Source: Saccostrea cucullata (taxonomy: Eukaryota). From it: a stretch of DNA of 64,000 bases. The stretch spans positions 248,001 to 312,000 of the forward strand of contig NW_026930557.1 in NCBI RefSeq assembly GCF_032062105.1, in the 5' to 3' direction. The notes beneath the pieces are model-generated. The model was given only the letters and a program-made list of their open reading frames with translations. It made no database searches and had not been told where the DNA came from. The position numbers and the translations under genes are program-made. Of the stretch, positions 25,485 to 59,111 are shown piece after piece; position 1 is the first letter of the stretch, and the number at the start of each line of letters is the position of its first letter.

Positions 25485-26150
25485 AAACATATGGAGATAA
25501 CGAACAGTACTCAAGATCAAAAGTCCACAAAACAATCAAAATAAGATCAGAGCAAACACGGGCCTCCAAAACATCAGAGGTGGGATTAGGTGTCATGGAG
25601 GAGTGAGTATCCCCTGCGACCGGTCACACCCGCAGTGTGCTCCGTTTCATGATTGGGAAATATACGGATAAATCCGTAAATTCAGTGTATAAATAATGGA
25701 CTAACAATTAGTATGAAAAACGTCAGTCAGCATTTGACTCAATGATAAATTGTATTAGCTGACAAGGTCATTGTATCGACCACAGAACTTATCAAATGAT
25801 AACTTTAAACGAGACTGCTGATATTCTTGTTTCATCAACTTGTTTTTGAATTAACCTCGTTTAAGGAAATGTTCGTACGTAGAGAATGCTCTTGTGTATC
25901 GAATCAACTGAGATACATAAACTCCGTATGCAAATGAGCAAGGTGTATTGCTACATTAGTAAGGGAAGCTGACGGTAGAAAAGTTAAAGTCATCACGTTT
26001 ATCATAGAGCTTGGTTGTTAGATTAACATTAACGTCTTTCTCAAATTAAATATCAAAACATGAAACAGACTTGGTGGTACCTTTTAGCTCACCGGGATAT
26101 ATAGTATTGACAAAGGAATGGAAATTACCATTGTTGATGACAATACGTCA
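25485..26150 (-). mobile_element. Penelope-like retroelement 3' fragment (degenerate RT C-terminus plus 3' UTR)
   Basis: Reverse complement similarity to 33750-34443. Shorter copies lie at ~14545-14640, 14730-14900, 18320-18550, 23360-23635, 27715-27860, 30190-30350, 30940-31070, 43270-43320. Confidence 0.8.
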
Positions 26151-29100
26151 TATCTTAGTGTCGAGTTGAAGGCCACAGCAAGTATCTCCAGATTATACTA
26201 TCAAAATCAATGTATCAAATATATATATACTTATCACCTGCTATAGAACTTATGTCCCCGTTGAAACAGTAAATATAGATATTGAACCATTGTCTACTAT
26301 AAAAGTGAATTTCTTTGCTAACGTGAAAAGAAATTTAAAAACATCATATATTTGGACTGTAGTTTCTTTTATCCATATATTTCTATATTCCAATAGTGCG
26401 TCGTTAAAGCGATTTCATTCATATTGCAACATAACCAACAGCAGTTAGCTATATATATAGTTTATCCTTGGCTTTTTAAATCGCATCGGCTACATGGGTA
26501 ACATACATGGAACACATAAGATAAGCATATTCGCCCAGTCTCTGCAACAATGTTCCATGCTCTATTTTCACTGTAAAATAGTAAAACTATTCCTATAGTA
26601 TGCCAATTGAATATTTCAAGAAGAGGTCACGATTTCAACACCATATTAGCGACAATTTCCGTCTTCATGGGTTAAATTCCCGGGTTTTATTAAATTCTTC
26701 CTCATGTGCACTATGATAGGCATGAACGCGAACATTCAAGGAAAAGAATGTCATGTTTCTTCATATGGTAAGTTTTGCTTTTGCAGCGCATGTTATTATT
26801 TTCAAAATGAAATAACCCTTTAAAAACATGCATTTTTAATTTTGTTAAATTCTCATACTTTTGACAGGAATCTGTTTTTAAGGAAAACACCTACGAACAT
26901 AATTATCGGAAAGGGTTACATTATTGCAGCTAATCAGGGCAGACAAATTAATACTACACCATAGCGCAGTATGGTAATTTGTAGACATAGACAAATTATT
27001 AAGCATTCTGCAAAAGAATGATTGTTACTTATGAATATATAAGAAAAGTATTAAAAAATTATTGTAAATTGATTTTATGGGATCCTCTGCAATTGCTTGT
27101 TTCTTTTTCCCTTAAAACTGGCGTAGAGACGTAGAAATAGCTCAAGAACAACCCTCTTCGCTCCATGTACAAATCGTCCACTCCAAAACGTGCAGGCAGC
27201 AGAGACCAAAGTGATGGGCAAATCTGATGATTGTAATTGCCATTGTCTGTACCAGATATTAGGTAAATATTTAAAGAACTGCAATGTATTCTCCAAAGCC
27301 TTCGGCCTTATATCGTGTATTACGGAAACAAGTCATGGTATGCCCTACAATAGTACTTAATTGTTATAAGTCAAGATATCCACTCAATTCATTTTCATCT
27401 CGATAGAAGGTCCAAGACATTTTCTCAGTTGATATAAGATAAATATCTTCTCTATTCCGTATCAGACATTAGATTCATATAAAGCCTGGAAATCCTCAAA
27501 ATTCCTCGCAAGATCTTAATTAACTAAAATATTCCCTGGGGTCGTATTCAGAATGATAATAATTAATTGGCATAAATTTGTTCAACTTACAGGGGTATTG
27601 GATTGCTTCCTTAAAATGTCTTTCTTTGTCTTTTTCGTTTTGCTGGCAAAGCAAAGCATTCTTTTCAACATTTTTTTAATACATGAAATGTAAGATACCT
27701 TTACGGAGATCAATTTCAAAGGTCCATGTAAACAATAAAATTTGTGGGCAGAGCAAACACGGACCTCTGGAAACCGACCAAGGATCAGATGCCATGGAGA
27801 CCGGAAGTAAGCACACCGCTAAGTCCCGCCGTGTGTTCCTTAATTGTCAGGATAGACGGAAAACCTCAAATTCATTTTGATTGATTCAGATTAAATGATG
27901 TTTAACGTTCCAAGCGAGAATATTTCACCCATATAGAGAGGATATATGCTGGTGAATATCTTCATAGACTTACATGTATATTCGGCATTTTGCTGGGGCC
28001 ATTGAGCAGTCAAGCATCTAGATCATGCCAAAAACCAACTGATACAGGACCTCGGTTTAGATCAATTCAATAAGAATATAATGACTTAAAATTTGCAACT
28101 ATTATCACAAGTGAGATGCCATCGGAGCATATCATCGTTCACTTTCCTCACTGATTCAGTATTATTCATGTTTCCCAATTACTTTATTATAGTTTGCAGC
28201 TAACTGTAAAGTTGACGGCTGTGCTCAAAGTAATTTGTACACGCCTCCTAACCGTAAGCTTTACGACTGGAAATCTCCTCTTATCCCTGACTGGTTGCTC
28301 GTGCAACAGACTATTTCCGTGTCAATATTGATAATTTGAGTTGACCAATCATGTAGATTGTTTACGCTGGATGCATCTGACGAAAAAGATCGTGACGTAA
28401 CATGAAACTTTACATTTAGCTACAAACAATATAAATACAAAGGGCATGCTCCGAGAACAATCGATTCATTAACCGATGCAAGCTACAGGTATTAACCAAA
28501 AATATTTTAGTTGGATTTAAACAACCGTGTTTAATGTCAACATCACGTAAATTTTATGGTCTTGCCTGATTTCATTTCTGTTATTCAAGGGATCTGTGTT
28601 TTTCTGTCATTGTAACGGTTGTAGGGTTTATTATCTTCATCATTATTACGTTTATTATACAATTTGTCAGAACGAAAGATTGTATTTGCAAAAAGGATCA
28701 TTGTGCTGACTATATAGAGTTACTAAATTTGATGTTCAACGAAATTGTTGATATTCTTGTATCATCGACTTATTTGTCAATAGTTCGCCTTGTCTTAGAC
28801 TTTGTGGAATATCCTCGTTTAGGACATCCTTTCGCATATCGAATCAACCGGCACGTACTTGTACACCCCATAGAAGATACATGAGATGATATTTAATACT
28901 GTATATTTTATCACAGATAATGCAAGGTGACAATAAAAAAGATCGTCAACAACCTTATCGTAAAGTTAAGTTGCTTGATTTCCAGTGTATTTCTATAGTA
29001 ATATAACAAAATATTTTGCAGATGCGTCAAACTATGTTGTCTTTATATGGAGATCAATTTATTTTCCTTCATTTTTGAGACCTGTTAGCTACAAGTGTTT

Positions 29101-29235
29101 TACTTACCTGGCACTGTGGTACAACACCTTAAAATTTCTTTATGAATCCTTTTTCTTAGCAAAGATTAATATAGATAAGCATACAATATATACAATCCTA
29201 AACTTGACTTAATTTTTCTATTGTTCTTATTGCAG

Positions 29236-32200
29236 CGGCAGTCGGATGTCTCTTCCTTGTATTTGCCATGGTATTCGTTTTGATTCGCTTTCGGAAGCGA
29301 AAAAGGTCAGCATATTAAATGCATTGAGAATCTTGAAAGTTTCCTCTTACGTCTCTCATCACAATGTTAAAATGTTTCTTCTCAGGAAAAGTGTAGACTT
29401 TTACATGTTTTAAGACAATCGGTTTTTTAGTATAGTAGTGCAATATCCAATACACCTACTTAAGTGATTTAGGATGGAAATTTGTTGAGTCAGCTGGGTA
29501 AAATTTTAAAATATAGCTCCTAAAAAGCGCTATATGCACATTAATAATAGCTGTTGTACATGTAATTTTTAATCGCTGTATGAATAACTACGAAATAAAC
29601 TGAAGTTCTACATGTATCAATTGTCAGCATATATAGGTTTCTTTCTCGTTATGATAGGAAGCGCGGAGGAATACTTAGTAGTAGCATGAGATACAGCATG
29701 CAGACGATATCCCGAGAAAATAGACTCTATGGTCACCAGGCAGCAGCTGAACTACCGCCGGAAGAAGAGAGCATCTCGGGATGTGAGATTTACGGACGGC
29801 GAGAAGAGATACTGACATATGGTTAACATACTTATTTATAGGCCTATAGTCTGTTCATTTAAGTATAAAGAATAATTCTTGCAATTTATACAACAAAAGT
29901 CGCATTTAATTTATGGTAAATATATGTAAATTTATATATCTTTTAAAACTCGGATTTTGAGACTTGAGAGGTCCATAATTAATGTAAGCATATTGATTCA
30001 AAAGTCCTCTTGCAAATTTTATGTTTATAAGGATGCTCCGCAAACTTAATATATTTAACTTTTTCTTCATCTATATATCTACTTTTAATTGTCCATTTAT
30101 ACTGAACAAATAGAAAACAAAAATATACAATGAATGTTTTCAATTTAAGGAAGTTTGCTAAAACCATACGTCACGTTAGATACAAAAAGGTGAAGATAAC
30201 GAACAATTATCAATCTAAAGAAATAATTATAATATTTTCAAACAATACAAATATGTAAAGCGGGAACAAAACACAGACCCATGGATATTTAAGAGGGGAA
30301 TCAGGTGCCAATGAGGAGTAAGCATTCCCGTTGACCGGTCACACCCGCCATGAGTACCGATAATATCTGAAAGCAATCATCTATCATCGGGAAATTAGAA
30401 TAATAATAGACTCAGTTGAGGTAATAATAATGTGGGACAAAATTCTTAATAAGTCTGTCAGCGAAACTCTCTCATATCAATTCCCAGAGGAATAAAAAAC
30501 AAAGATACATTTGTAAATTGATAATAAATAAAACTGCACAAACAGACAGGCACGCAAGACTTATTGTTTGATTGAATGATTTGTAGAACAAAAGAGACGC
30601 TTCGGGCTTTTCAACGTCCATAAGAGTACACAAACACCGCTGGAGACAGCGATCTATGGCAACGAGCAGGCAAGAAGGAGCATTAATGATCCATTCCAAA
30701 GAAGATTTGAAAAAAGGTACTTTCTTACGTTTGTAAAACCTTTTTTTCTGTCAAATCTTGAAAAAGTTCGAAAATGACAGCTAACCGTATACTTGGGTTG
30801 AGGTCACCGTTTATAGAAGCTTTTCCAAGTTGAGTTAAAGAAGGAAACATGAGGTGAAATTCTATTTTTAAGGTGTAGCATATTTTTGTTACAAATTGTC
30901 GAAATAAAACCGGATTCATTATTCATGAAATATTAGAGATAATGAACGGTAATCAAGCTCATAACTCCATAGAAACAATTACAAATCGGGAGCTGAGCAA
31001 ACCTCAGAGGTAGGATCAGGTGCCATAGAGGAGTAAACATTCCATGTCAACCAGTCATGATCGGACAAACAGAAAAATCCATATCAAACACTACAGGTTA
31101 TCAGCTATGGTGGCAAATAAGAGGGGGCAATATTCCAACGTCATTGGGAATGTTCAGTGAAATGAGCGACAGCAGATAATCAATAACTGATGCAAAGGGA
31201 GAGTCTTTTGATTCCCACCCCTAATTCTCACAGGATCTGGAATGTAAGTGGTAAAAAACTTCCATTCCAGGACCAGAAGACAAAATTTCTACGAAATTTG
31301 CTATAAACCAGTATCATTGGGTACTTTAAAAGTAGAGCATTGTTGGAAGGGTTCGTGTTTTATTATCTGTTAACGACTTTGTATTGTTTGTAGATTTTAT
31401 AATTTAGATCGATCAATATTCGTTATCTTCTTTTTTCACATTTTACACAAAAAATCGTCGCGCAGCTATGCATTTGATAATTAACCTCTATTGTTAGAAT
31501 TTTAAAATATTAAAAGTTATAACTCTATCTAGCAACTACCTTTTCAAATATTTTACTCGATTTTCAGACGCAGTGAACTGATCAACACAGATTATGACTA
31601 CGCGTTAGGTCACCATGGTGTGGTTCGTTCTATCAGTTCTCAGACTAATAAATATTCAAGACCTGTCCGTCGGAGCAGACGATGCAGGTCATCTCGAAAG
31701 TCGAGGACATCTGATGGCGCCCCTCCTCCATGTGGGCGTCAGAGGTTGTCGAGTCCATGCAGCTCTGTTAGAATGGAGAGGATCAGCTACATAGACCCTG
31801 ACTCGTGCAATACCTGCTCATTTGGTGAAGCTGCTCTCAGTCCGGAATCTGAACCAACCAGTGAAGCAGACAGCGATTATGACGACACGGAAAGTTCCGA
31901 TTACGACAGTGACCCGCCGAAAATTCTCATCGACAAAAAACTCATAGAATATGTGAGGAAACTCGAGAAAAAACACACGGTTTTCATTGAAAAGTACAAA
32001 ACTCCTAAAGGTTCTCACCTTAAGCACTGTTTTAAATCGGCGTCCATGGAGGTTCCGCCAGTTGGACCCAGAAGACGCGCCAACACGGGTGTACTGAAAC
32101 TTCTGGACCGGAACAAGACAAACGTCGGCAAGACCTTCTCCATACCAGTAAATATCGAAACTGTGTCGTGTAGGCCGTGTTCTCACCGTCCGGCACCGAC

Positions 32201-32243
32201 GCCATGTCTCTCCGAGGAGGACTACCTTAAAATATTGTCCTAA
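29236..32243 (+). CDS. Partial model of a single-pass membrane protein with a Tyr/Ser-rich cytoplasmic tail
   Basis: Exon 29236-29305 encodes a TM helix plus basic stop-transfer (AVGCLFLVFAMVFVLIRFRKRKR) and splices in phase to 29658-29821 (..ENRLYG..EIYGRREEILTY). A long GC-richer terminal exon lies at 31568-32243, AATAAA at ~32537. The last junction is out of phase as drawn, so an exon is missing or the pieces are unrelated; no ectodomain identified. Confidence 0.5.
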
Positions 32244-33517
32244 CCATCCCATATACATAATGTTGTGCGCATGCAGAAATATGAATATGTTCATTTCAAC
32301 AGACGTGATTTCATGAGACCATTTACTTATGCTACACATGTACATGCTTTATGGAATGACAGGGAAAAGGTTGCAAGAAATTGAGATTTTAATTACAATT
32401 TATCCTTGTCTGCAGAATTGTGTTATGTGTCTTTAAGCCTCACACATTCATTAATTTGTACCTTGACCTTGTTGTAGGGAGAGGGCTAAAATAGGCTGAG
32501 CCTGCTGCCCAATCCCATTCACATGAACATCAGTAAATAAAATTCTGTTTCAATTAGAAAGCCTCACACATTAAATACACTTGTAAATATTTTTTAAACA
32601 ATAAACAAAGTTATGACTTATGATGTTTTTTGCAGTTTTGTTCTTCAAGATGCTGCATGCCAAAATTAGTTAAAATTGGTTCAGTAACGCATGTATTCAA
32701 AAGGTTATGCAAGATAGAAGAAAGTCATGATTCATTAGCATAAGATCACCTGACAAACTCAAATTAAGATGACAATAAAAGCTAATACTGCATATATTGT
32801 CTTTTCTTACTTCTATGACATCCATATTCCTAGTACTTAATATTCTCGTAAGGTTTTTAGTGTAAAAATAACTGAAACTTTACAACATATTTGTTTAATT
32901 TTTATTAATAATCACTTTTGACATGTTTTAAAGTATACAATCAAAAGATGATGTAAAACTAACAAAGTTTTAACCTTGCACAGAGTCAGTAATAAAATAT
33001 CTATGTATACATTACATAATAAATATCACATTGTCATTATCATGTTTGTCAGCTTTAACAGGAAAATGAATTATAATACGAAATCTGCAACAGGAAGAAC
33101 AGTGAGGTTCTGGAAATAAAATTGTAATTAAAATTAGAAATGTTTCTGAACACTATCACTACATGAATACATTCTAATCTAAATTCATTGTGTACCAAAT
33201 ACATGTATGACATATTAAATCTATTTCATGTTACCATTAGCAGAGCATTGATTAAATATTACATCAAAACACATGCTGAGAATAAAAATGTCTTTTTTTT
33301 AAATGACTGAAAACACACAAAAACCACAAATATAGGAAGTACCTGGATAATTGATTATGAAACGTTTCATTAAATACTGATTCATCATGTATTAAAGCAT
33401 TATTGTCACTATGTAGAAATGTTTCTGTAAAAATCAGGATCAATACTAGCTGGCCGTATATATTATCAGTTTGTCATCTGTCACAGATTAGCCGGCCCTA
33501 TATCACTCTGTCACAGG

Positions 33518-39122
<5,605 letters not shown>

Positions 39123-39619
39123 CTTGTCGGTTGTGTTAAAGAGACGGTGCAAAAATCAAGGAGATACTACGAAGTCCAGGTGTAGCGTCCTACTTTATGT
39201 AACTCTATTTACTGACAGAAAATGTGTCACAGGACGGGTCAGAGGTAAATTGACTCTTCTATGTTAGGAGGCGAAAATATTATGTTGTTATGAAACTACT
39301 GCTAGGTTGTACAATAATTATTCGATTATGTTTCTTTAAGGATATTTATTTCAGAGCACTGGCTTTTAATTTTATGATGGGTATAAATACAACATACAAA
39401 TGAGGTGTAACTTAAAAAGAAAAAAAAGCTGTAAGGTGTAAAAAACTGGTTTTCAAAAGAAATATCTGATTCTCTGAACATTGTTCAACTTATGATGTGA
39501 ACCCCCTCCCCCCCCCCCCCACCCCACCCCACCCCTCGATATAGACCCCTGAGCCTTTTCAACCTTTTTCTCATAAATTATCTTTCATTGACATATTTGT
39601 GATCACAGGGAATTGAGAC

Positions 39620-40405
39620 AATCTTAGCAAAAACGGGTATATAGTATAATAGCGAGCGCAGCGAGCGTCGCAAAGCGACGCTCGCGAAGCGAGCTCAATA
39701 GACTAACGTGTATAAACAGAGGAAATTCGGATTGAAATCTGTACATACGTCAGCCAAATTTCTCTGTGCAACATTCCCAGAATTCCTGCACTACCCAATG
39801 TCCTTTGCGCGAATAAATCAAAAATGGTAAAAAAATTAAAGGAACATTGTTTCTTACCGAAATCTTAACGAAATGATTTTGCCTTACCTTATTCAAAAAA
39901 ATACCCCCATGCCACAACACCGGCCTTCACCTTTCCCTTCGGAAATGATACAAATGACGTCACCGGAAACTTACGAATGTTGACGAAGTTATGTCGGTTG
40001 CTTCCGTGAAACTCGGAAAACATGTTGCGGTGCATAGCAACATGGTGGCTAAAACATAGCAACAACTTACTTGAAAAGAACGATTTAATGCAATCTCTTT
40101 TCCATAAAACTAGCGTTTTCGTCCTAAGTCAACAGAACTTTTTATCTGACGTCATACTTTCGTCACTTCAACGGTTCGGGTATTTCCGATTTTGTCGGAA
40201 ACTTCCGAGAAGTTTGGAATATCGATCCCGATGCTTGGGAAATGATTTCTTTTTATTGTTTTGTTTTATTCTTTTTGCTTTCTTTTTCTTGAACGATAGA
40301 CAGTACATGTGTAGGTGTATGATAGTAAATAAACTGCGCTCGCCCCAACGGTCACACCGTAAAACATATTAGGGGAGACTACATATACCCGATTTTGCTA
40401 AGATT
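39620..40405. mobile_element. Non-autonomous TIR element between the two catalases
   Basis: TIRs AATCTTAGCAAAAACGGGTATATAGT / ACTACATATACCCGATTTTGCTAAGATT; internal CpG-rich hairpin GCGAGCGTCGCAAAGCGACGCTCGC. Confidence 0.7.
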
Positions 40406-40759
40406 AATTGTCTCCAGTGAGTCCAGTCCCTGTGTTTGTGATAAGATCTACACCAACAAATTGTAAAATTACATAAAACAAACGTTTTGTAAAATCTACC
40501 CTACATTCTATATTTAAATATATTTACATCCAGTGTAATTTTCATTATAAAATCCATTAGAAATCTACGACGTTCAAATTTCTATAACACACGCGAAACC
40601 TTGTCACCGCGCGTTAGAATACACAGTAGGAACTATATGAATTTTCAATACTCTAGAATATCAAAATGTACATTATTTTGACTGAATTTAATTCAAAAAA
40701 TATAACCCTCTTTAATTAACGATAAAATACAACAAATGTGCGTTTAAAATTAATTTGTC

Positions 40760-40794
<35 letters not shown>

Positions 40795-42136
40795 AAATGT
40801 TAGTTTTACTTTAAGCAAATTTTCTGAATTGATAGGATAGATTATATCACTGACAAATGCGTCATCAAAATATAATTTATGGAAGAAGTCTAAAAGGCCA
40901 GGGTGCCTATATTGGGGCGATCCTGCCCTCAATCACCTGTGGAATATCCATGATATTTCTTCAAAGTTCATTATTTTAGTTATTCGGGGAATATCAATAT
41001 ACATTTTCAGGAAACCCGAATAAAAGGTGAGATTATGCATTTTTCATCTGTGAAGTAGACAACGACCGTTGTGTGCTAGATCCTTGTCAAAATAAGTGAA
41101 AAATATAATATTTGGTTCGGTAATTTGCATGAAATAACTTGATCTTAGCTCTTAAAAGCCTCAGAGTGGACAGACATTTGCCACATCATGAGGGCGAAAA
41201 CACCAGTCAACACTTGATTTAAGGTTTAATGATAGATTGTGTTTGCTTACAAGTTCATTGTATCGATCATAGACTTTCCAAATTGTTAACTTTAAACGAG
41301 ACCGCCATTTAAAGCACTGTTTTATCGACTTATTTGTCAATAGCTGGACTTGTCAGTGAAGTCTCTTTTAGAAATATGTAAAACAAGCTCTTACATACCA
41401 AATCAACTAGTATAAATAAACTCCATATGCAGATGATAATGGTTTATTGCTAAATAAATAAGTGAATAGTTAACGATAGAAAAGTTGAAGTCTAACAAGT
41501 TTATCACGAAGTTTTGTTGTTAGGTTATACGAGTAAAATATCCAAATATGAAATAGATGCTAATATATGTCAGCATCCATGGTATCATGCCTTTTATTTC
41601 GAGTTCAAAGAGAAAAATAATCTCTAATAAAAAAAATGAAAGCTGACCTTTCATATATAGTTTTATTTTAACTATTTAATACATGTATATTCAAATATGA
41701 AAGCAAGACAAGCTTTGCTAATGTGTATACATTACTTCACATCCAGGAATCTTTTTGAAAATATTAGCTTTTTTCAGCAAGTTTTTAGTTCACGTCTATT
41801 ACTGACACAATTCCACGGTATATAAACCGTATATTTAACCAATGTCGAGTTTGCGGGGTTTTATATAAAGCAATTAAGCACATTAAATCTACAATGAATG
41901 CTAAAGTATAATCAAAACCACAAAAGAATATAATTAAATATATAATCCATTGTAGAAATGACTGTACAGGTCTGGGTATATATATGCATTATACATGTCA
42001 AGTACATAAGAAAAATGTTCCATGAAAATGACAAATTGGGTTTTTGAATCACATGACCATGTCTCTATAAGCATCGTTAATTATGACACATGATGATGTT
42101 CACTTATTCTTTGGTTCTGTTTTGCCGTACAACTGT

Positions 42137-55749
<13,613 letters not shown>

Positions 55750-58668
55750 GGTGAATTATTTCTTCGGTCTGAAACAATATAATGCACTGTAAGAGGAATA
55801 TTAACACAGACACACAGACAGACAGACACAGACTTTAAACTTGTTTATGTATCAGGCGACCGGTTTTTTCCTATTATCTGAACAAAAATCGTCAGGCATG
55901 TGAGCTGATAACGCAATACACTATAATCTTAAGTCAGATGACTTTTTTCTTTTCAAGGCCAGCAGCATCGAGTTACAGTGTTCTACTTAGATTTGACAAT
56001 GTACCAGTATTAAATAGCTCCATAGCTCTGATATATATCGTCAAAAATCCTAGTGTATAGCAAAGAAAAAAAAATGAAGATAAAAACTTCTACAAATATG
56101 ACAAAATATATTTTGCATTTTTACAACTCCCCCCTTTTTAGTTAATTGCAAGTTTGTGTTTCAATCTTTATGAAAACCTAATCTACCATTGCGTTTTGAG
56201 GGTACAACCAAAGGAAATATTAACAGCCCAGAGCTTTTAAACCATTTTTGTGGATACGGCTAAACTAGAATTTGCCCGATGCCCAATCCAATTCACTTTT
56301 TTTTTCGATAAAGGTTTTTTAATAAATAATATTTGTTAACCGTCCTATACAATATACTGTAATAATAAAACTATAATGAATGACAGGCAAGAGGAATTAT
56401 CCTATTTAATCCACATATCAGTAGAAATTTAGCATTGTTCTTTTGCCTTAACGTTGAATTGCACTCATTGCTATTTCATGGAATTTTATCAAGAAAAACA
56501 AATAATCTTGGATAAATTGTAAAACTTAAAACCAGCAATCAAAACGGAATAAAATCCGAGATACTGTGTAAACACAAAAATACCATAACCGCGTCTTTAT
56601 ATTCATGTCATTAAACACCACTGTTGCTCATTTCTAATTGATTACAAAGTATAAACTTCTAAATTTCATCTTCCAATTATCAATATTAATACACAATCAT
56701 TAGTTGGGGCGGATACCTATTAAAATTCAATTATTAATTCTCAATCCCGTCCAAAAATCGGAAGTTGTGGACAATAGATATGGATGTTATTAAAATGAAA
56801 CCTCAGTATAACATTGTCATATTTTATTAAGTGTTTTTCCATATAATCAAAGGTTAATTGAGAAAAGGACTCGGGTAAGGTTACATGCATGTCATAGAAA
56901 AAGTGTACGGTTAGCGGATAATTCAGCACAAACCTTGATCACATGAACATTTTTTATTGTCGATGAGTAACACTACATTTTCGTTGCCAACAGTGAAAGG
57001 TGTTACTTTACATACATACTACATGTATCAGGAATAATGCATGTGTGGATACATTTTTAATCATAAAAGACTTGTTGACTATGGGACAGTAGTACGTGCG
57101 TGACAATTAGATCTTGAGTTCACTGCCAGGATAAGCGACCATACCATCTGTAGATTGGCGTAGGTGGTACTGATTATAAAATGCAAATCTGGCAAAATTT
57201 TATTTCAAATCTATATGACCTAAAAGAGATCAATTTCAATGTTTTGGGTGTTCGTTTACTTGACAATAGATAAATAAAGCAAAAACCCAATCCCAAAAGT
57301 ATGATTCTACAACCTCCTTCATTAATAATTACGAACTTAACAGAAAAAATCAAATTAGAAAATATAAAGTAATTTTTGAGGTAGGCAAAATCTAAGGAAG
57401 AGCTGCTTTGTGTAAACCCTAGGGTCAAAGGTCAGTTACAAAGCCTATAATAAACTTTCTTTTTGTATACATCTAAGAAAATTAAGCTTGAAGTCTGTAG
57501 ATTAGAGCAATCTTGACTGTAGATTATTGCAGCGAAATAAACACTTGTTTGGAGGTGGGAGTGACTAGTCGCCGAAATCGACGTAAGAGGCATTCATTCA
57601 ACAATCTCTCATGAGCCTCGTTTGCTGATAGATTGCTTAAAACAGACATTTCAAAAATCAATCCCATCAACCCCTCGCTTCCCTCAACCAATCAGAAGTT
57701 TTCTCTTCTGATCTAGATTCGATAAGATGGAAAGCATTTTAGGAAGATAAGCCCCTCATTTACGTAGTTGCCATTTCGAGCAAAATGCAATGAATACGCA
57801 AGTAGGTACAAACTGAGTAATTATAAAATTAAACAGAATTCCAAGAAAGAACGAGGTATTATGATATTAATCAAGAAGTTTGGAGAGAACGTCATTGCAA
57901 TTCGAATTTTTATTTTACCGATCAAATTCCTAATTAACACTTTTTATCAATTTGCAGTACATGCATATGATAGCGGTTACATCCAAAGTACGGATTGTAT
58001 TAAATTTGAATTTACACTCTCTTTTTTTAAAAAAAATCTTATATTGCGTCATAATTGACGTAAGAAATATGATTATCCAACCAAAGTGCCCTAAATTTTA
58101 TTGTTTCAGAAGACATTGCTGCCATTTCCCCCATTGTGGCCTGAGATTTACGCAAATGTTTCTAATGTGTTAATATGTGTATAATACCAGAGGCCACTGG
58201 GAGTCTTTTTCCTTCCAGATCATTATTTCATAACACTGAAAATAGGTGGAATAAATAAATTAATCGAATTGTCATTTGTGTATATTGTCCACTAGTATAG
58301 TATTACATACATGTATTTCAGAAGTTTGCATGTTGTAGATGTAGCGAGAAGAATCGACAGTTTTGTTAGATACAGACAATAAAGAAATAACTTATTTCGT
58401 TTTTATAACAATCTTTAGAACAATGCTTATGATATTTCACACCGATTCTGCAGAGTTTATGCATTATCGTCTATTTACAAAGCATGACGTTTGAATGCGG
58501 GTTTCAGCATTATGTTTTGAATGCGGTGCCCCTATATTGTTGTACGTTTTTGTTAAAACATTGGATATTGTAAAGTGATTCATTTCCGATTTTATGTATT
58601 AATTATCAGTTTGGTTGACTTATGTATTTCCATTCACCACGTATCAATGCATATTCATTACCTAACCG

Positions 58669-58832
58669 TGACGTCACACACGGAATGGACACAACAGGGT
58701 TTGTGACAGGTAGCAGGCGTACTTGGAGGATGACGAAATAGAATTGAATCGGATGCGGGCTTTATAATTCCGGCAGCTGCACCACGGCTAATCAGTGGAA
58801 CTGTCTCAGATGGTGGACGGTAGCTATAAATA
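58669..58832 (+). promoter_or_regulatory. Candidate TPH promoter: palindromic CRE plus TATA box
   Basis: TGACGTCA at 58669-58676 and TATAAATA at 58825-58832 in a CpG-richer patch 280-440 bp upstream of ATG 59112. Confidence 0.45.
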
Positions 58833-59111
58833 TTCATAAGCCGGGAAAAAAGTAAACGACATTCGACCATTTGCATAAAATAGCTGTGGAATTTCCTTTT
58901 CCCTGACAATCTGTCTTTATTGTGCTTCTCGGTAGGATGGAATACAGTTGAAAATTAAGATTTATCCCGGGAAAATTGATAAAAAATTATATATAAAACA
59001 AACAAAAAAATTAAGACGGTTTTTATTTGAAGAAAAAAAAAAGAATTTGGAAAATCGAGGGAATTTACAATAGCAAAACTGGGGAACTGCATCGAAGCTT
59101 ATAAAATTGCC

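Noticed and set aside
26450-27620. Coding-like minus-strand stretch (with 30472-30699) that might be a decayed gene
   Set aside because: Stops in the frames I read and no motif I can assign; needs tBLASTx.
28190-28490. Possible upstream ectodomain exons of the membrane protein
   Set aside because: Splice-like signals exist but I could not join them in frame with plausible intron sizes.
31818-32345. 175-aa minus-strand ORF
   Set aside because: Antisense shadow of the plus-strand exon 31568-32243; no recognisable motifs.
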